Origin: an uncultured Planctomycetota bacterium
GTDB taxonomy: Bacteria; Planctomycetota; PUPC01; DSUN01
Assembly: GCA_964470215.1 (NCBI GenBank)
Contig: CAYYCI010000001.1
Span: 1-32,592, forward strand
DNA length: 32,592 nucleotides
Direction of reading: 5' to 3'
Within the stretch, counting starts at the first letter, position 1; the number at the start of each line of letters is the position of its first letter. Shown here piece by piece: positions 1 through 7,678 of the stretch. Both the position numbers and the translations under genes were made by a program. A model generated the notes under the pieces. It was not told the DNA's origin. It made no database searches and saw nothing but the letters and a program-made list of their open reading frames with translations.

Positions 1-738
1 TCCCGGCAGGCTCACGCCCACCACCTCCCCGCGCAAGTTCACCAGCGGGCAGCCGGCCATCTCGTCGGGGAGTTGCATATCTGTGGTCAAGACGGGCGCG
101 CCGGCCATCCGTCCCCTCGTCGGAGGCTTGTTCGTGCTGACGATCCCCAGAACCAGGGCGCCGCCCGTGGTCGGACCGCCTACGGCCAGGACCCACTCGC
201 CCTGTTCAGGAGTTTTCGCCACGGTCTTCGCCGAGGGGATATTCTTACCGCGAAGTTCGACGCAGGCCAGTCCGGTCAGGCGGTCGGTGCCGCGCACGTC
301 GCCGGCCAGGCGCCTGCCGTCCGAGAGCCGCACGAAGACGGCCTCGGCCCCCTCGACCACCGAGCGGGGAGCGAGCACCAGCGCCTTCTCGTCGTCGCTC
401 TCAACCACCAGCCCACAGCACCGGCGCTGGCGCTGGCCGGGCCGCACGACGAACGGGAACTGGCGTGGGAGTTCGGGAAACGGCCGGTCTCCCTCGCGAG
501 GGGGCCAGCGGAACTCCCAGCGCCACTCCCACGGCTGCCCCGGCTTCGGTGGCTCGACCTCCACCCTTGGCTGGAAGCCCCGAACCCATTGGCGACCGGT
601 GACCTCGACCTCGACGACCGCCGGCCCGACGGCCTTCGCCGCCGAGCGAATGTCCTGTGGCGCAGGACGCTCGGCCGCCAACCCCACCCCAGCCCACCAG
701 GAAGCGACGAGGAGCCACAGAAGAATGCGCTTGGCCAT
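1..738 (-). CDS. HtrA/DegP-like trypsin-fold secreted protein, N-terminal 246 codons (C-terminus runs off the left window edge); catalytic-triad positions appear substituted
   Basis: Open minus-strand frame from ATG 738-736 to position 1. It is absent from the supplied ORF track because there is no stop in the window. AGGAGG (752-747) lies 8 nt upstream of the ATG. Translation starts MAKRILLWLLVASWWAGVGLAAE (signal peptide). It continues ...ALVLAPRSVVEGAEAVFVRLSDGRRLAGDVRGTDRLTGLACVEL...TTDMQLPDEMAGCPLVNLRGEVVGV, collinear with the DegP blocks TNNHVV / SDIALI / GNSGGALVNLNGELIGIN. Confidence 0.6.
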   Translation of the reverse strand, partial: MAKRILLWLLVASWWAGVGLAAERPAPQDIRSAAKAVGPAVVEVEVTGRQWVRGFQPRVEVEPPKPGQPWEWRWEFRWPPREGDRPFPELPRQFPFVVRPGQRQRRCCGLVVESDDEKALVLAPRSVVEGAEAVFVRLSDGRRLAGDVRGTDRLTGLACVELRGKNIPSAKTVAKTPEQGEWVLAVGGPTTGGALVLGIVSTNKPPTRGRMAGAPVLTTDMQLPDEMAGCPLVNLRGEVVGVSLPG

Positions 739-823
739 CTTCCCTGCCTCCTGAACCAAATTGCCGTTTGGCCCCCCTCCGTTCTCTTAGTCGCTCCAGG
801 CCGTCTCTTGCTTCACCCCCGCC

Positions 824-2548
824 TCAGGGCAACCGCCAGGCCCCGAGGTCGAGGTCGGGGAAGACCGCGTCGCGGCGGGCGATCTGGCGCACCAGCGCGC
901 GCTCCTGCGGGGTGAGGGAGCCGCGGGTGGCCGCGGCCTCGGCGAGGTCGGCCAGGCGCTTGAAGTCGCCGTAGTGGACGGACACGCGGTTCTCGGCGTA
1001 ATCCCTTGCATGCCAAGTGCTTATGAGAAACTGCCAGTCCGAACTCTCCAGAAGCAACAGCTCCCGCCCCGCCTGCTTGAGCACTTCGGTGGTCAGCGGG
1101 TCGCCGTTTCGCCCGTACTTGTCGAGCAGTTCGACGAAGCGGTTCTCCGCCTCGTAGATGTCGCGCCAGGTCCACTCGGTCCACTCGTTGAGCCATATCC
1201 AGTGGAAGCCGCCCTCGCCCCAAGAGCCCTCGGGCAGCGCGACGACCCCCGCGGGAGGGTGTTCGGCCAGGTACTCGCTACAGGTCACCGGCCGCACGGC
1301 CCCGTTCTGGTGGAGTCGGGCGAAGACCTTGTGGACCCACCGCGGCCCCTCGAACCACCAGTGGCCGAAAAGTTCGGCGTCGTAGGGCGCGCAGACGACC
1401 CCGGCGCCCGGCGGGACGAGTTCGTCGGCCGCCAGGGTCCGCTCGACGAGTTCAGCGAAGTGGGCCGCGTGGCTCTCCAGCCGCTCCTCGACCCGCTGAG
1501 GGTCGTAGATCGCCTTCGCCCCGAGGTCGGCCTTCGGGTCGGTCACCCGCCAGTAGCGATGGCCCCCGGGATAGTGTTTCTTGTGGAAGTCCAGGTACCA
1601 CTGGTCACCCGGATAGCCGTGCTCGCCGCTCCAGACCTGGAGGGCGGTCGTGGGGTCGCGGACGAACGCCGCCGCGGTCCGCTGCGCCGATGGGTCGGAA
1701 CAAACCACGTAGGTGCGATGGGGCGACCGCTCGCGGATTTCGGCCCGCGGCTTATATTGCTCGCTGAAGTGCCCCCACAGGCGCTGGAGCGCCTCGAAGC
1801 GGTCAATGTAGACCCCGATCGGCTTCCCCCCCTTCAAGAGGTGGGAATCCACGACGAAATAGCGAATCCCACAATCGTGGAGCACCTCCTCCACCCCCAC
1901 GCGCTCGAGGGGGGGCGAGGCGCCGTCCTTGTCGAGGGGCGAGGTCCACTTGTATCGAGGACGATACGCGCACTCGGGCAACCAGATGCCCCGCGGCGGC
2001 CGCCCGAAGTGGCGCTCGTAGGTCCGCACCGCCGTCCGGACCTGAGCCCAGACGCATTCGTCCCGGCCCAACAGCGGCAGATACCCGTGGGTGGCGCAAC
2101 AAGTGATCACCTCGATGTGGCCGTCGTCCTGGAGGCGGCGCAGCGCGCCCACCAGGTCCCGACGGTACCGCTCGGTGAAGTCCCGGAGGATGCCCTCGAA
2201 GTGGCTGCGCCACATCGCGGCCAGGGAAGCCAGGTCCCGCTGGCCGCTGTCGGTGAACTCCTTCTCGTTCGCCTCGGCGAACTCGATCCGGTGTTCCAGG
2301 TAGCCGACGAACTCCTCCTTGAACCCCTCGTCGGCCAGTTGCTCGGCCAGGACGGGGGTGACATTCATCGTGACCTTGGCCGAGATGCCCTCCTCGGCCA
2401 GGTCGTTGAAGGCGTTGATCAGCGGCACATAACACTCCGCCGCCGCCTCGTTGAGCCAGTCGGTGCCGTGGGGCCACACCCCGTGCATCAGCACGTATGG
2501 CAGATGGGCGTGGAGAACCAGAGCGAAACCGCCTTGCTGCTTTGCCAT
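824..2548 (-). CDS. Glycoside hydrolase family 57 1,4-alpha-glucan branching enzyme-like protein
   Basis: Track ORF 824..2893 trimmed to ATG 2548-2546 (MAKQQGGFALVLHAHLPYVLMHG...) with GGAAAGGA SD upstream. Shows GH57-type blocks HAHLPYV, WLNEAAAECYVPLI, CATHGYLPLL, ELFGHWWFEG. The 115-codon upstream extension is low-complexity Arg/Trp-rich and probably not translated. Confidence 0.85.
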   Translation of the reverse strand: MAKQQGGFALVLHAHLPYVLMHGVWPHGTDWLNEAAAECYVPLINAFNDLAEEGISAKVTMNVTPVLAEQLADEGFKEEFVGYLEHRIEFAEANEKEFTDSGQRDLASLAAMWRSHFEGILRDFTERYRRDLVGALRRLQDDGHIEVITCCATHGYLPLLGRDECVWAQVRTAVRTYERHFGRPPRGIWLPECAYRPRYKWTSPLDKDGASPPLERVGVEEVLHDCGIRYFVVDSHLLKGGKPIGVYIDRFEALQRLWGHFSEQYKPRAEIRERSPHRTYVVCSDPSAQRTAAAFVRDPTTALQVWSGEHGYPGDQWYLDFHKKHYPGGHRYWRVTDPKADLGAKAIYDPQRVEERLESHAAHFAELVERTLAADELVPPGAGVVCAPYDAELFGHWWFEGPRWVHKVFARLHQNGAVRPVTCSEYLAEHPPAGVVALPEGSWGEGGFHWIWLNEWTEWTWRDIYEAENRFVELLDKYGRNGDPLTTEVLKQAGRELLLLESSDWQFLISTWHARDYAENRVSVHYGDFKRLADLAEAAATRGSLTPQERALVRQIARRDAVFPDLDLGAWRLP

Positions 2549-2603
2549 CGGCTCGGAATCCTTTCCGCACCACACAACTCCGTTCGGGGAACCACACGCC
2601 CCG

Positions 2604-2612
2604 ATTATACCA
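2604..2612 (-). promoter_or_regulatory. Extended -10 promoter element (TGGTATAAT on minus strand) upstream of the GH57 gene
   Basis: The reverse complement of 2604-2612 reads TGGTATAAT (TGnTATAAT), about 55 nt upstream of ATG 2548. No convincing -35. Confidence 0.35.
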
Positions 2613-2956
2613 CAACGCGGGCCGGAGACGAGTCGCTGAGTGAGCCAGATTGCCCCGCGGCGCCTCCTAACCCGTGTAGGCGGGGCGCCGGCCACGGTCT
2701 CCCGGTGGCCGACGCATTCTCCCCTCTCGTCCGCGCTGAGTTTCCGGGGTGAAGTCCACCCGACGCGGGGCCAGACGCTCCGCCTACGTGCGTGCCAAGC
2801 CCGCGACAGGCGCCATTTCCCGAACAACCACATCACCCCCACAAACGATAATCTGAAACCAAGAAGATAGGATTTCCGCGTGCGGGTTTGCACGTCCTAC
2901 GCGCTACCCACCGAGAAGCAGGGGCGAGGCGATGCCCCGCCCGCGAGATTTTTTTC

Positions 2957-2984
2957 TTGAAACGCAGCGTGGTGGCGCTATAAT
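2957..2984 (+). promoter_or_regulatory. Near-consensus sigma70 promoter (TTGAAA-16 nt-TATAAT) preceded by a T7 tract
   Basis: -35 TTGAAA at 2957-2962, 16-nt spacer, perfect -10 TATAAT at 2979-2984, T-run at 2949-2955 immediately upstream. Conspicuous in GC-rich DNA. Points toward rarA. Confidence 0.5.
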
Positions 2985-2990
2985 CATCCC

Positions 2991-3210
2991 AGACCCCCGG
3001 CGAGTGCGGACAGAGCGAAACAACCTCTGCGGTGCTCGTGGGAAGAAGGTGCCGTTCGTGTCCGACCGACACCTGACCCAGGGAGGCAGCAGAACTGTCA
3101 GTTGAGGACAAGCCTCGTCCGAGGAAGCCCGACGCTGATACCTGTCGCCCACGTGTGGTAAGGGTCGGAGTTGCCTTCTCCACGGCACGGCGCGGAGGTT
3201 GTTTCTTTCG
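2991..3210 (+). ncRNA. Candidate structured RNA (6S-like rod) or structured 5' leader of rarA
   Basis: 3017-3031 (GAAACAACCUCUGCG) pairs with 3191-3205 (CGCGGAGGUUGUUUC) as 15 bp including one G-U. The rod continues inward as 3032-3035/3185-3188, 3037-3041/3180-3184, 3044-3050/3173-3179, 3061-3067/3163-3169, 3081-3089/3142-3150 and 3096-3102/3134-3140, separated by bulges and asymmetric internal loops. The paired span is 189 nt. The predicted TSS is near 2991. Confidence 0.35.
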
Positions 3211-3239
3211 GTGAGCCATCCCGCCGCGAGGATGTTCCC

Positions 3240-4610
3240 TTGGGACTCTTCGAGCCAGAACCTCAACACCTTCCCCCTGACCCTAATGCGCCTCTCGCCG
3301 CCAGAATGCGCCCGCGAACCCCGGAGGAGTTCGTCGGACAGGAGCACTTTTTCGGCAAGGGAAAGCTCCTGCGCCGAATGCTCGAGGCCGACCGCCTGGC
3401 GTCCGTCATCTTCTACGGCCCCCCAGGAACCGGCAAGACGGCTCTCGCCCACGTAATCGCCCACACGACGAAGGCTCGCTTCGTCGCCATCAACGCCGCC
3501 GCTTCCAATGTCGCGCAGCTCCGAGAGGCCCTCGAGGAGGCTAAACTGCGAAAGCAGCGCTCAGGCCAGCGAACCGTCCTGTTCGTGGACGAGCTCCACC
3601 GCTTCAACAAGGCCCAGCAAGATGTGCTCCTGCCCGACGTGGAGGCGGGCGCGGTCCTGATGGTCGGCGCCACAACCCACAACCCGTTCTTCACCGTCAC
3701 CTCGGCGCTCGTCTCTCGCTCGCAAATCTTCGAGTTCCGCCCCCTGACCAACGACCAGATAAAGACCATTGTCCGCCGGGCGCTGGCGGACCCCGAACGC
3801 GGGCTCGCTCGCTACAAGATCGAGATCACCGACGAGGCGCTCGACCATCTGGCCGAACTCTCCGACGGCGACGCGCGGCGCGCGCTCAACGCCCTCGAGA
3901 TAGGCGTGCTGACCACCGAACCCGGCCCCGATGGCGTCGTCCACTACGACCTGGCAGTGGCCGAGGACTCGATCCAACGGAAGGCCGTGGTTTACGACCG
4001 CGACGAGGACGCCCACTACGACGCGGCCTCGGCGTTCATCAAGAGCATGCGCGGCTCCGACCCCGACGCCGCCCTCTACTGGATGGCCAAGATGCTCGAG
4101 GCGGGGGAGGACCCCCGCTTCATCGCCAGGCGCATCGTCATCTGCGCCGCCGAGGACGTCGGCAACGCCAACCCCCACGCGCTCATCCTCGCCAACGCCG
4201 CGCTCCAGATCGCCGAGTTCGTCGGAATGCCTGAGGCGCGAATCCCACTCGCTCAGGCCGTCACTTTCATCGCGACCTCCCCCAAGAGCAACGCCGCATA
4301 CATGGCCATTGACCGAGCCATGCAGGACGTCCGCGAGGGACGTGTCCTCGAGGTCCCCGACCACCTCCGCGATGCCTCCTACCGCGGCGCCGAGAAACTC
4401 GGCCACGGCACCGGCTACAAGTACGCACACGACTCCGAAGACCACTTCGTCGAGCAGGACTACATCCCGGTCGAACGCACATATTACGAACCCACCGACC
4501 AGGGCTACGAGAAGACCATCCGCGAGCGACTGACCCAGTGGAGACGACGAAAGCAACAATGGAAAAAGCAACAGCGCGACGCGAAGTCCAGAGGCGACTC
4601 CGAAACCTGA
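3240..4610 (+). CDS. rarA: Replication-associated recombination protein A (AAA+ ATPase RarA/MgsA)
   Basis: PLAARMRPRTPEEFVGQEH, Walker A GPPGTGKT, Walker B LFVDELHRFNK, and a C-terminal MgsA block (HYDAASAFIKSMRGSDPDAALYW). The track start is TTG 3171. I prefer TTG 3240, which has GAGGA 7 nt upstream, an N-terminal length like E. coli RarA, and lies outside the upstream RNA helix. The start is uncertain. Confidence 0.9.
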   Translation: MGLFEPEPQHLPPDPNAPLAARMRPRTPEEFVGQEHFFGKGKLLRRMLEADRLASVIFYGPPGTGKTALAHVIAHTTKARFVAINAAASNVAQLREALEEAKLRKQRSGQRTVLFVDELHRFNKAQQDVLLPDVEAGAVLMVGATTHNPFFTVTSALVSRSQIFEFRPLTNDQIKTIVRRALADPERGLARYKIEITDEALDHLAELSDGDARRALNALEIGVLTTEPGPDGVVHYDLAVAEDSIQRKAVVYDRDEDAHYDAASAFIKSMRGSDPDAALYWMAKMLEAGEDPRFIARRIVICAAEDVGNANPHALILANAALQIAEFVGMPEARIPLAQAVTFIATSPKSNAAYMAIDRAMQDVREGRVLEVPDHLRDASYRGAEKLGHGTGYKYAHDSEDHFVEQDYIPVERTYYEPTDQGYEKTIRERLTQWRRRKQQWKKQQRDAKSRGDSET

Positions 4611-5131
4611 CCCCCGAAGAGCGCCACGAGGCCAGCGAGCGCATCCGCCGACACCTCGCTTCCCTCCCCGAATTCCAGCGGGCGACGACTGTCATGCTCT
4701 TCGTCGCGCTCCCCGACGAGGTCGAAACCCTGGGGATCATCCGCGACGCCATCGCAGCGGGGAAGCGGGTCGTCGTGCCGAAAATCAACACCCGCCGACG
4801 CACCATGGAAGCCCACCTCATCGAGAAGCCGCAGCGCGACCTTGCCCCGGGCGCGATGGGCATCCTGGAGCCGACCGACCGCCCCGTCGTCCCCCACGAC
4901 CAGATAGACCTCGTGGTCGTCCCAGCGCGAGCCTTCGACAAGGAGGGCAACCGCCTGGGCCGCGGGGCTGGATACTACGACCGCTACATGGCCCGTCCTG
5001 GGTTTCGCGCGCTTCGTTGTGGCATCGCCCACAGTTGTCAGGTCCTCCAGGCCGTCCCCCACGGCCCCACCGACCTACCCGTCCACCTCCTGATCACCGA
5101 AGAGGGCATCCTCAGCTTCCGCCACCCGTAG
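4538..5131 (+). CDS. 5-formyltetrahydrofolate cyclo-ligase (MTHFS/YgfA family)
   Basis: ERHEASERIRRHL..., LFVALPDEVET, VVVPK, VVVPARAFDKEGNRLGRGAGYYDRY are typical of the family. Start is GTG 4538 or ATG 4559; either overlaps the rarA 3' end (52-73 nt). Confidence 0.85.
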   Translation: METTKATMEKATARREVQRRLRNLTPEERHEASERIRRHLASLPEFQRATTVMLFVALPDEVETLGIIRDAIAAGKRVVVPKINTRRRTMEAHLIEKPQRDLAPGAMGILEPTDRPVVPHDQIDLVVVPARAFDKEGNRLGRGAGYYDRYMARPGFRALRCGIAHSCQVLQAVPHGPTDLPVHLLITEEGILSFRHP

Positions 5132-5350
5132 GCGAGGCGTCCCGCCACGCGTCAGCCACACGCCCCGGCGCCCTGCCGTCCTGGGTTTCCTCATAGATGC
5201 GCCGCCAACGGCTTGTCCACAATGTCCACCCCGCCCTGATATGCTTTCATTCCGGGCTTCCTCACGGATATGCCACAATTGGGTTGAAGAGCCGGGGATC
5301 GCGTGAGAGCGGACACACCGCCCCTCGCGCAGCGAACCGAAGCCAAGCTC

Positions 5351-5379
5351 TTGACTCCTGGCGCCGGGGGGCTTAGAAT
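5351..5379 (+). promoter_or_regulatory. Sigma70-type promoter (TTGACT-17 nt-TAGAAT) upstream of hflX
   Basis: -35 TTGACT at 5351-5356, 17-nt spacer, -10 TAGAAT at 5374-5379, followed by GGAGAGAGGA and the hflX start. Confidence 0.45.
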
Positions 5380-5418
5380 CCGATTGAGGGGAGAGAGGAC
5401 CTGTTTCAGGAAACTCGG

Positions 5419-6756
5419 TTGCAGGACGCGCGACGGGACGAGTTGTCGGTTCGCCAAGAGCGCGTGGTGCTGGTGGGGACGCTCCTGCCCGACGAGGACC
5501 ACGGCGGCGAGGGGCCGCTGGACGAGCTGGAACGCCTGGCCGAGACGGCGGGCGCCCTGGTCGTCGGCCGCCTGACCCAGAAACTCCGCCAGATCAACGT
5601 CGCGACTTACATCGGGCCGGGCAAGGCCGAGGAACTGCGAGACCTCTGCAAGGCCCTCGGGGCCGACGCCGTGATCTGCGACCACGATCTCAGCCCCGCC
5701 CAGATACGCAACCTCGAGCGCGTCACCGAAACCAAGGTCCTCGACCGCAGCGAACTGATCCTCGACATCTTCGCCACGCGGGCGAAGACCCGCCAGGCGA
5801 AGGTCCAGGTGGAACTCGCCCAACTGGAATACACGCTCCCTCGCCTGACCCGCATGTGGAGCCACCTGGACCGCCACGGCGGCGGAATCGGCACCCGCGG
5901 CCCGGGCGAGCGCCAGATCGAGACCGACCGCCGGTTGATTGCCCAGCGGATGCGCGACATCCGCCGCGAACTCGCCGCAATCGCACGAAGAAAGCATCGA
6001 GAGGTGGTCGCCCGCCGAGGGGAGTTCAGGGTGTGTCTGGTCGGCTACACCAACGCGGGCAAGAGCACCCTGATGAACGCGCTGACCGGGGCCGAGGCGT
6101 TCGTCGAGGACCGCCTGTTCGCAACCCTCGACACCCGCACCCGCATCTGGCACCTGGACGGCAAGCGGCGGGTGCTCCTGAGCGACACCGTGGGGTTCAT
6201 CCGGCGTCTGCCACACCACCTCGTGGCCTCGTTCCACGCCACCCTCGAGGTTGCCAACGAGGCGGACCTCCTGCTCCACGTCATAGACATCAGCCACGCC
6301 GACTGCTTTCACCAGTATGAGACAGCGCGGGGGGTGCTGGCGGAGATCGGCTGCGGCGAGATTCCGGTGCTGCACGTTCTCAACAAGGTTGACAAGGCGC
6401 GCCCCACGACCGAGGCTCAGATGCTCACGGCCATCCTCAGCGACTACGTCCGCGTCTCGGCGCTCCGCGGCGACGGCCTCGAGGCGCTCAGGAAGCGGGT
6501 TCTGGAGTTGGTGGCAGAGCGCGAGCGGGTGGTGACGGTCCGCGCCCACTGCGGCAACGGGCGCCTCCTGGCCTGCGTCCACAACCTCGCCAGGGTCGTC
6601 AGCCGCCACAGGGAAGACGACCACGTGGTGATCGAGGCCCGCTGCGAGCCGCGCCACCTCCCGGCCATCCGCAGGGCGGCGGGGCCGGGCGACGAGATAG
6701 TGGTTCACCCCGGGGCCAGCTCCCCGAGCGGGGAGCGCCAGTTGAAGGAGGGATAG
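5419..6756 (+). CDS. hflX: GTPase HflX
   Basis: HflX N-domain (ERVVLVG...ATYIGPGKAEEL...DHDLSPAQIRNLE, LAQLEYTLPRL, GTRGPGE) and G-domain (GYTNAGKSTLMNALTG, DTVGFI, NKVD). TTG start at 5419; the exact start is uncertain. Confidence 0.9.
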   Translation: MQDARRDELSVRQERVVLVGTLLPDEDHGGEGPLDELERLAETAGALVVGRLTQKLRQINVATYIGPGKAEELRDLCKALGADAVICDHDLSPAQIRNLERVTETKVLDRSELILDIFATRAKTRQAKVQVELAQLEYTLPRLTRMWSHLDRHGGGIGTRGPGERQIETDRRLIAQRMRDIRRELAAIARRKHREVVARRGEFRVCLVGYTNAGKSTLMNALTGAEAFVEDRLFATLDTRTRIWHLDGKRRVLLSDTVGFIRRLPHHLVASFHATLEVANEADLLLHVIDISHADCFHQYETARGVLAEIGCGEIPVLHVLNKVDKARPTTEAQMLTAILSDYVRVSALRGDGLEALRKRVLELVAERERVVTVRAHCGNGRLLACVHNLARVVSRHREDDHVVIEARCEPRHLPAIRRAAGPGDEIVVHPGASSPSGERQLKEG

Positions 6757-6758
6757 GC

Positions 6759-7664
6759 ATGATGAGGCGAGGGGTCGCGGCCCTGGCTCTCCTGATCGCG
6801 GCGGCGCCCGCGCTGGCCGCCAGGCCGAAGATCACCAGGGGCGAGGACTGCCCCTACAAGGTCACCACGCCTCACTTCGTCGTCGAGTTCTCGGTCGCGC
6901 CCCGGGTGGGCATGCTCTATGCCAGCCTGTGTGAGAAGGCGTATAAGAGGTTCTCGGACATCTTCCAGGTCCCACAGACCGAGACGGTGTGGGAGGGGGC
7001 CTGCCACGTTTACCTCTTCGAGAAGCACGAGCAGTTCGCGCGCTTCGCCGCCGACCACCACGGGATCGGCGCCGCAATGTCCGGTGGCTATGCCGTCCCG
7101 CGCAAGCGCGACCCGCTCATCGTCCTGTTCCGCCGCGGGCGGACCGACGTGAAACTCCAGCAGACCTTGATCCACGAAATGACCCACGTCTTCCTTCAAC
7201 TCTTCCGCCGCGAGGTCCCGCTGAACACGTGGCTCCACGAGGGTTTCGCGCAGTACTTCGAGTTCATGCACCACCCCTCGGACTCGCGCCTGGCGATCAG
7301 CCGCCGAATAGCCAAACGGATCGTCCGCAACCGCACGGCGCGACCGCTCAAGGACTTCTGGGTGATGAGTTTCCCGCCGACCGACCACGAGGGCTACGCG
7401 CAGGCCTGGAGCCTCATTGACTTCATGACCGCGACCAAGGAACTGCGGCGGAAGACTGCGAAATTCATCCTGGCCATCAAGGACCGTTCGCCGAAGACCG
7501 GGGGGTTCATCCACATCCAGAGCGCCGAGGACCTCGAGCGAGCCAGGGCCAGCGCGGCCAAGCAGGACTTCGAGTTCCAGGCCGGCATCTTCGAGGAGAT
7601 TTTCGGAATCCCCGTCAAGACCTTCGAGGCTCGCTGGAAACGCTACGTTCTATCGAGGTATTGA
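6759..7664 (+). CDS. Secreted putative zinc metallopeptidase (HExxH...E, peptidase MA / DUF1570-like)
   Basis: Signal peptide MMRRGVAALALLIAAAPALAA. HEMTH motif (LIHEMTHVF) with downstream WLHEGFAQYFE. The start follows the hflX stop by 2 nt. Confidence 0.65.
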   Translation: MMRRGVAALALLIAAAPALAARPKITRGEDCPYKVTTPHFVVEFSVAPRVGMLYASLCEKAYKRFSDIFQVPQTETVWEGACHVYLFEKHEQFARFAADHHGIGAAMSGGYAVPRKRDPLIVLFRRGRTDVKLQQTLIHEMTHVFLQLFRREVPLNTWLHEGFAQYFEFMHHPSDSRLAISRRIAKRIVRNRTARPLKDFWVMSFPPTDHEGYAQAWSLIDFMTATKELRRKTAKFILAIKDRSPKTGGFIHIQSAEDLERARASAAKQDFEFQAGIFEEIFGIPVKTFEARWKRYVLSRY

Positions 7665-7678
7665 GGCACACCGCCCGC

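Noticed and set aside
974-2752. 592-aa plus-strand ORF
   Set aside because: It is antisense to the well-supported GH57 gene. The translation is Arg/Pro/Gly/Val-rich with no recognisable motifs, which is typical of a shadow ORF in GC-rich DNA. The same reasoning rejects 73..915+, 83..754+, 3561..4571-, 5191..6708-, 6705..7514-, 7910..8608-, 8734..9750+, 9321..11327-, 11965..12975+, 12020..12949-, 13048..14829+, 15456..17213+, 19520..20362+, 20097..21539+, 22191..23249-, 23720..25243+, 25042..26244+, 25628..26656+, 27143..27931- and 27974..30112-.
2786-2803. GGGCTTGGCACGC on the minus strand, resembling the start of the repeat-element arm and a sigma54 -24 box
   Set aside because: The match covers only about 13 nt. 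The -12 position reads GG rather than GC, and the rest of the arm is absent. It is probably chance or a decayed remnant.
2549-2893. 115-codon N-terminal extension of the GH57 ORF; similar extensions at 9757..10032, 19048..19194 and 25666..25806
   Set aside because: The extensions lack conserved motifs. Internal ATGs with good SDs give canonical N-termini, and the 9757..10032 extension runs through the repeat element.
2921-2955. GC hairpin (GGGGCGAGGC-GAT-GCCCCGCCC) followed after 6 nt by T7, resembling a plus-strand intrinsic terminator
   Set aside because: There is no plus-strand gene upstream to terminate, the loop is only 3 nt and the stem has a mismatch. The T-run abuts the -35 of the strong promoter and is more simply read as an UP-like element. 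An unannotated plus-strand sRNA in 2620-2955 cannot be excluded.
3068-3105. SRP (4.5S) RNA-like string ACCUGACCCAGGGAGGCAGCAG inside the rarA leader
   Set aside because: It only loosely resembles the GGUCC-GGAA-GGAAGCAGC domain IV motif. There is no GNRA tetraloop, and the enclosing structure (189 nt) does not fit small or large SRP RNA sizes. It is kept only as part of the structured-RNA candidate.
5211-5279. Short direct repeats GTCCAC x2, GATATGC x2 and CCACAAT x2 in the cyclo-ligase-hflX spacer
   Set aside because: The units are too short (6-7 nt) to distinguish from chance by eye. There is no consistent spacing or palindromic arrangement.
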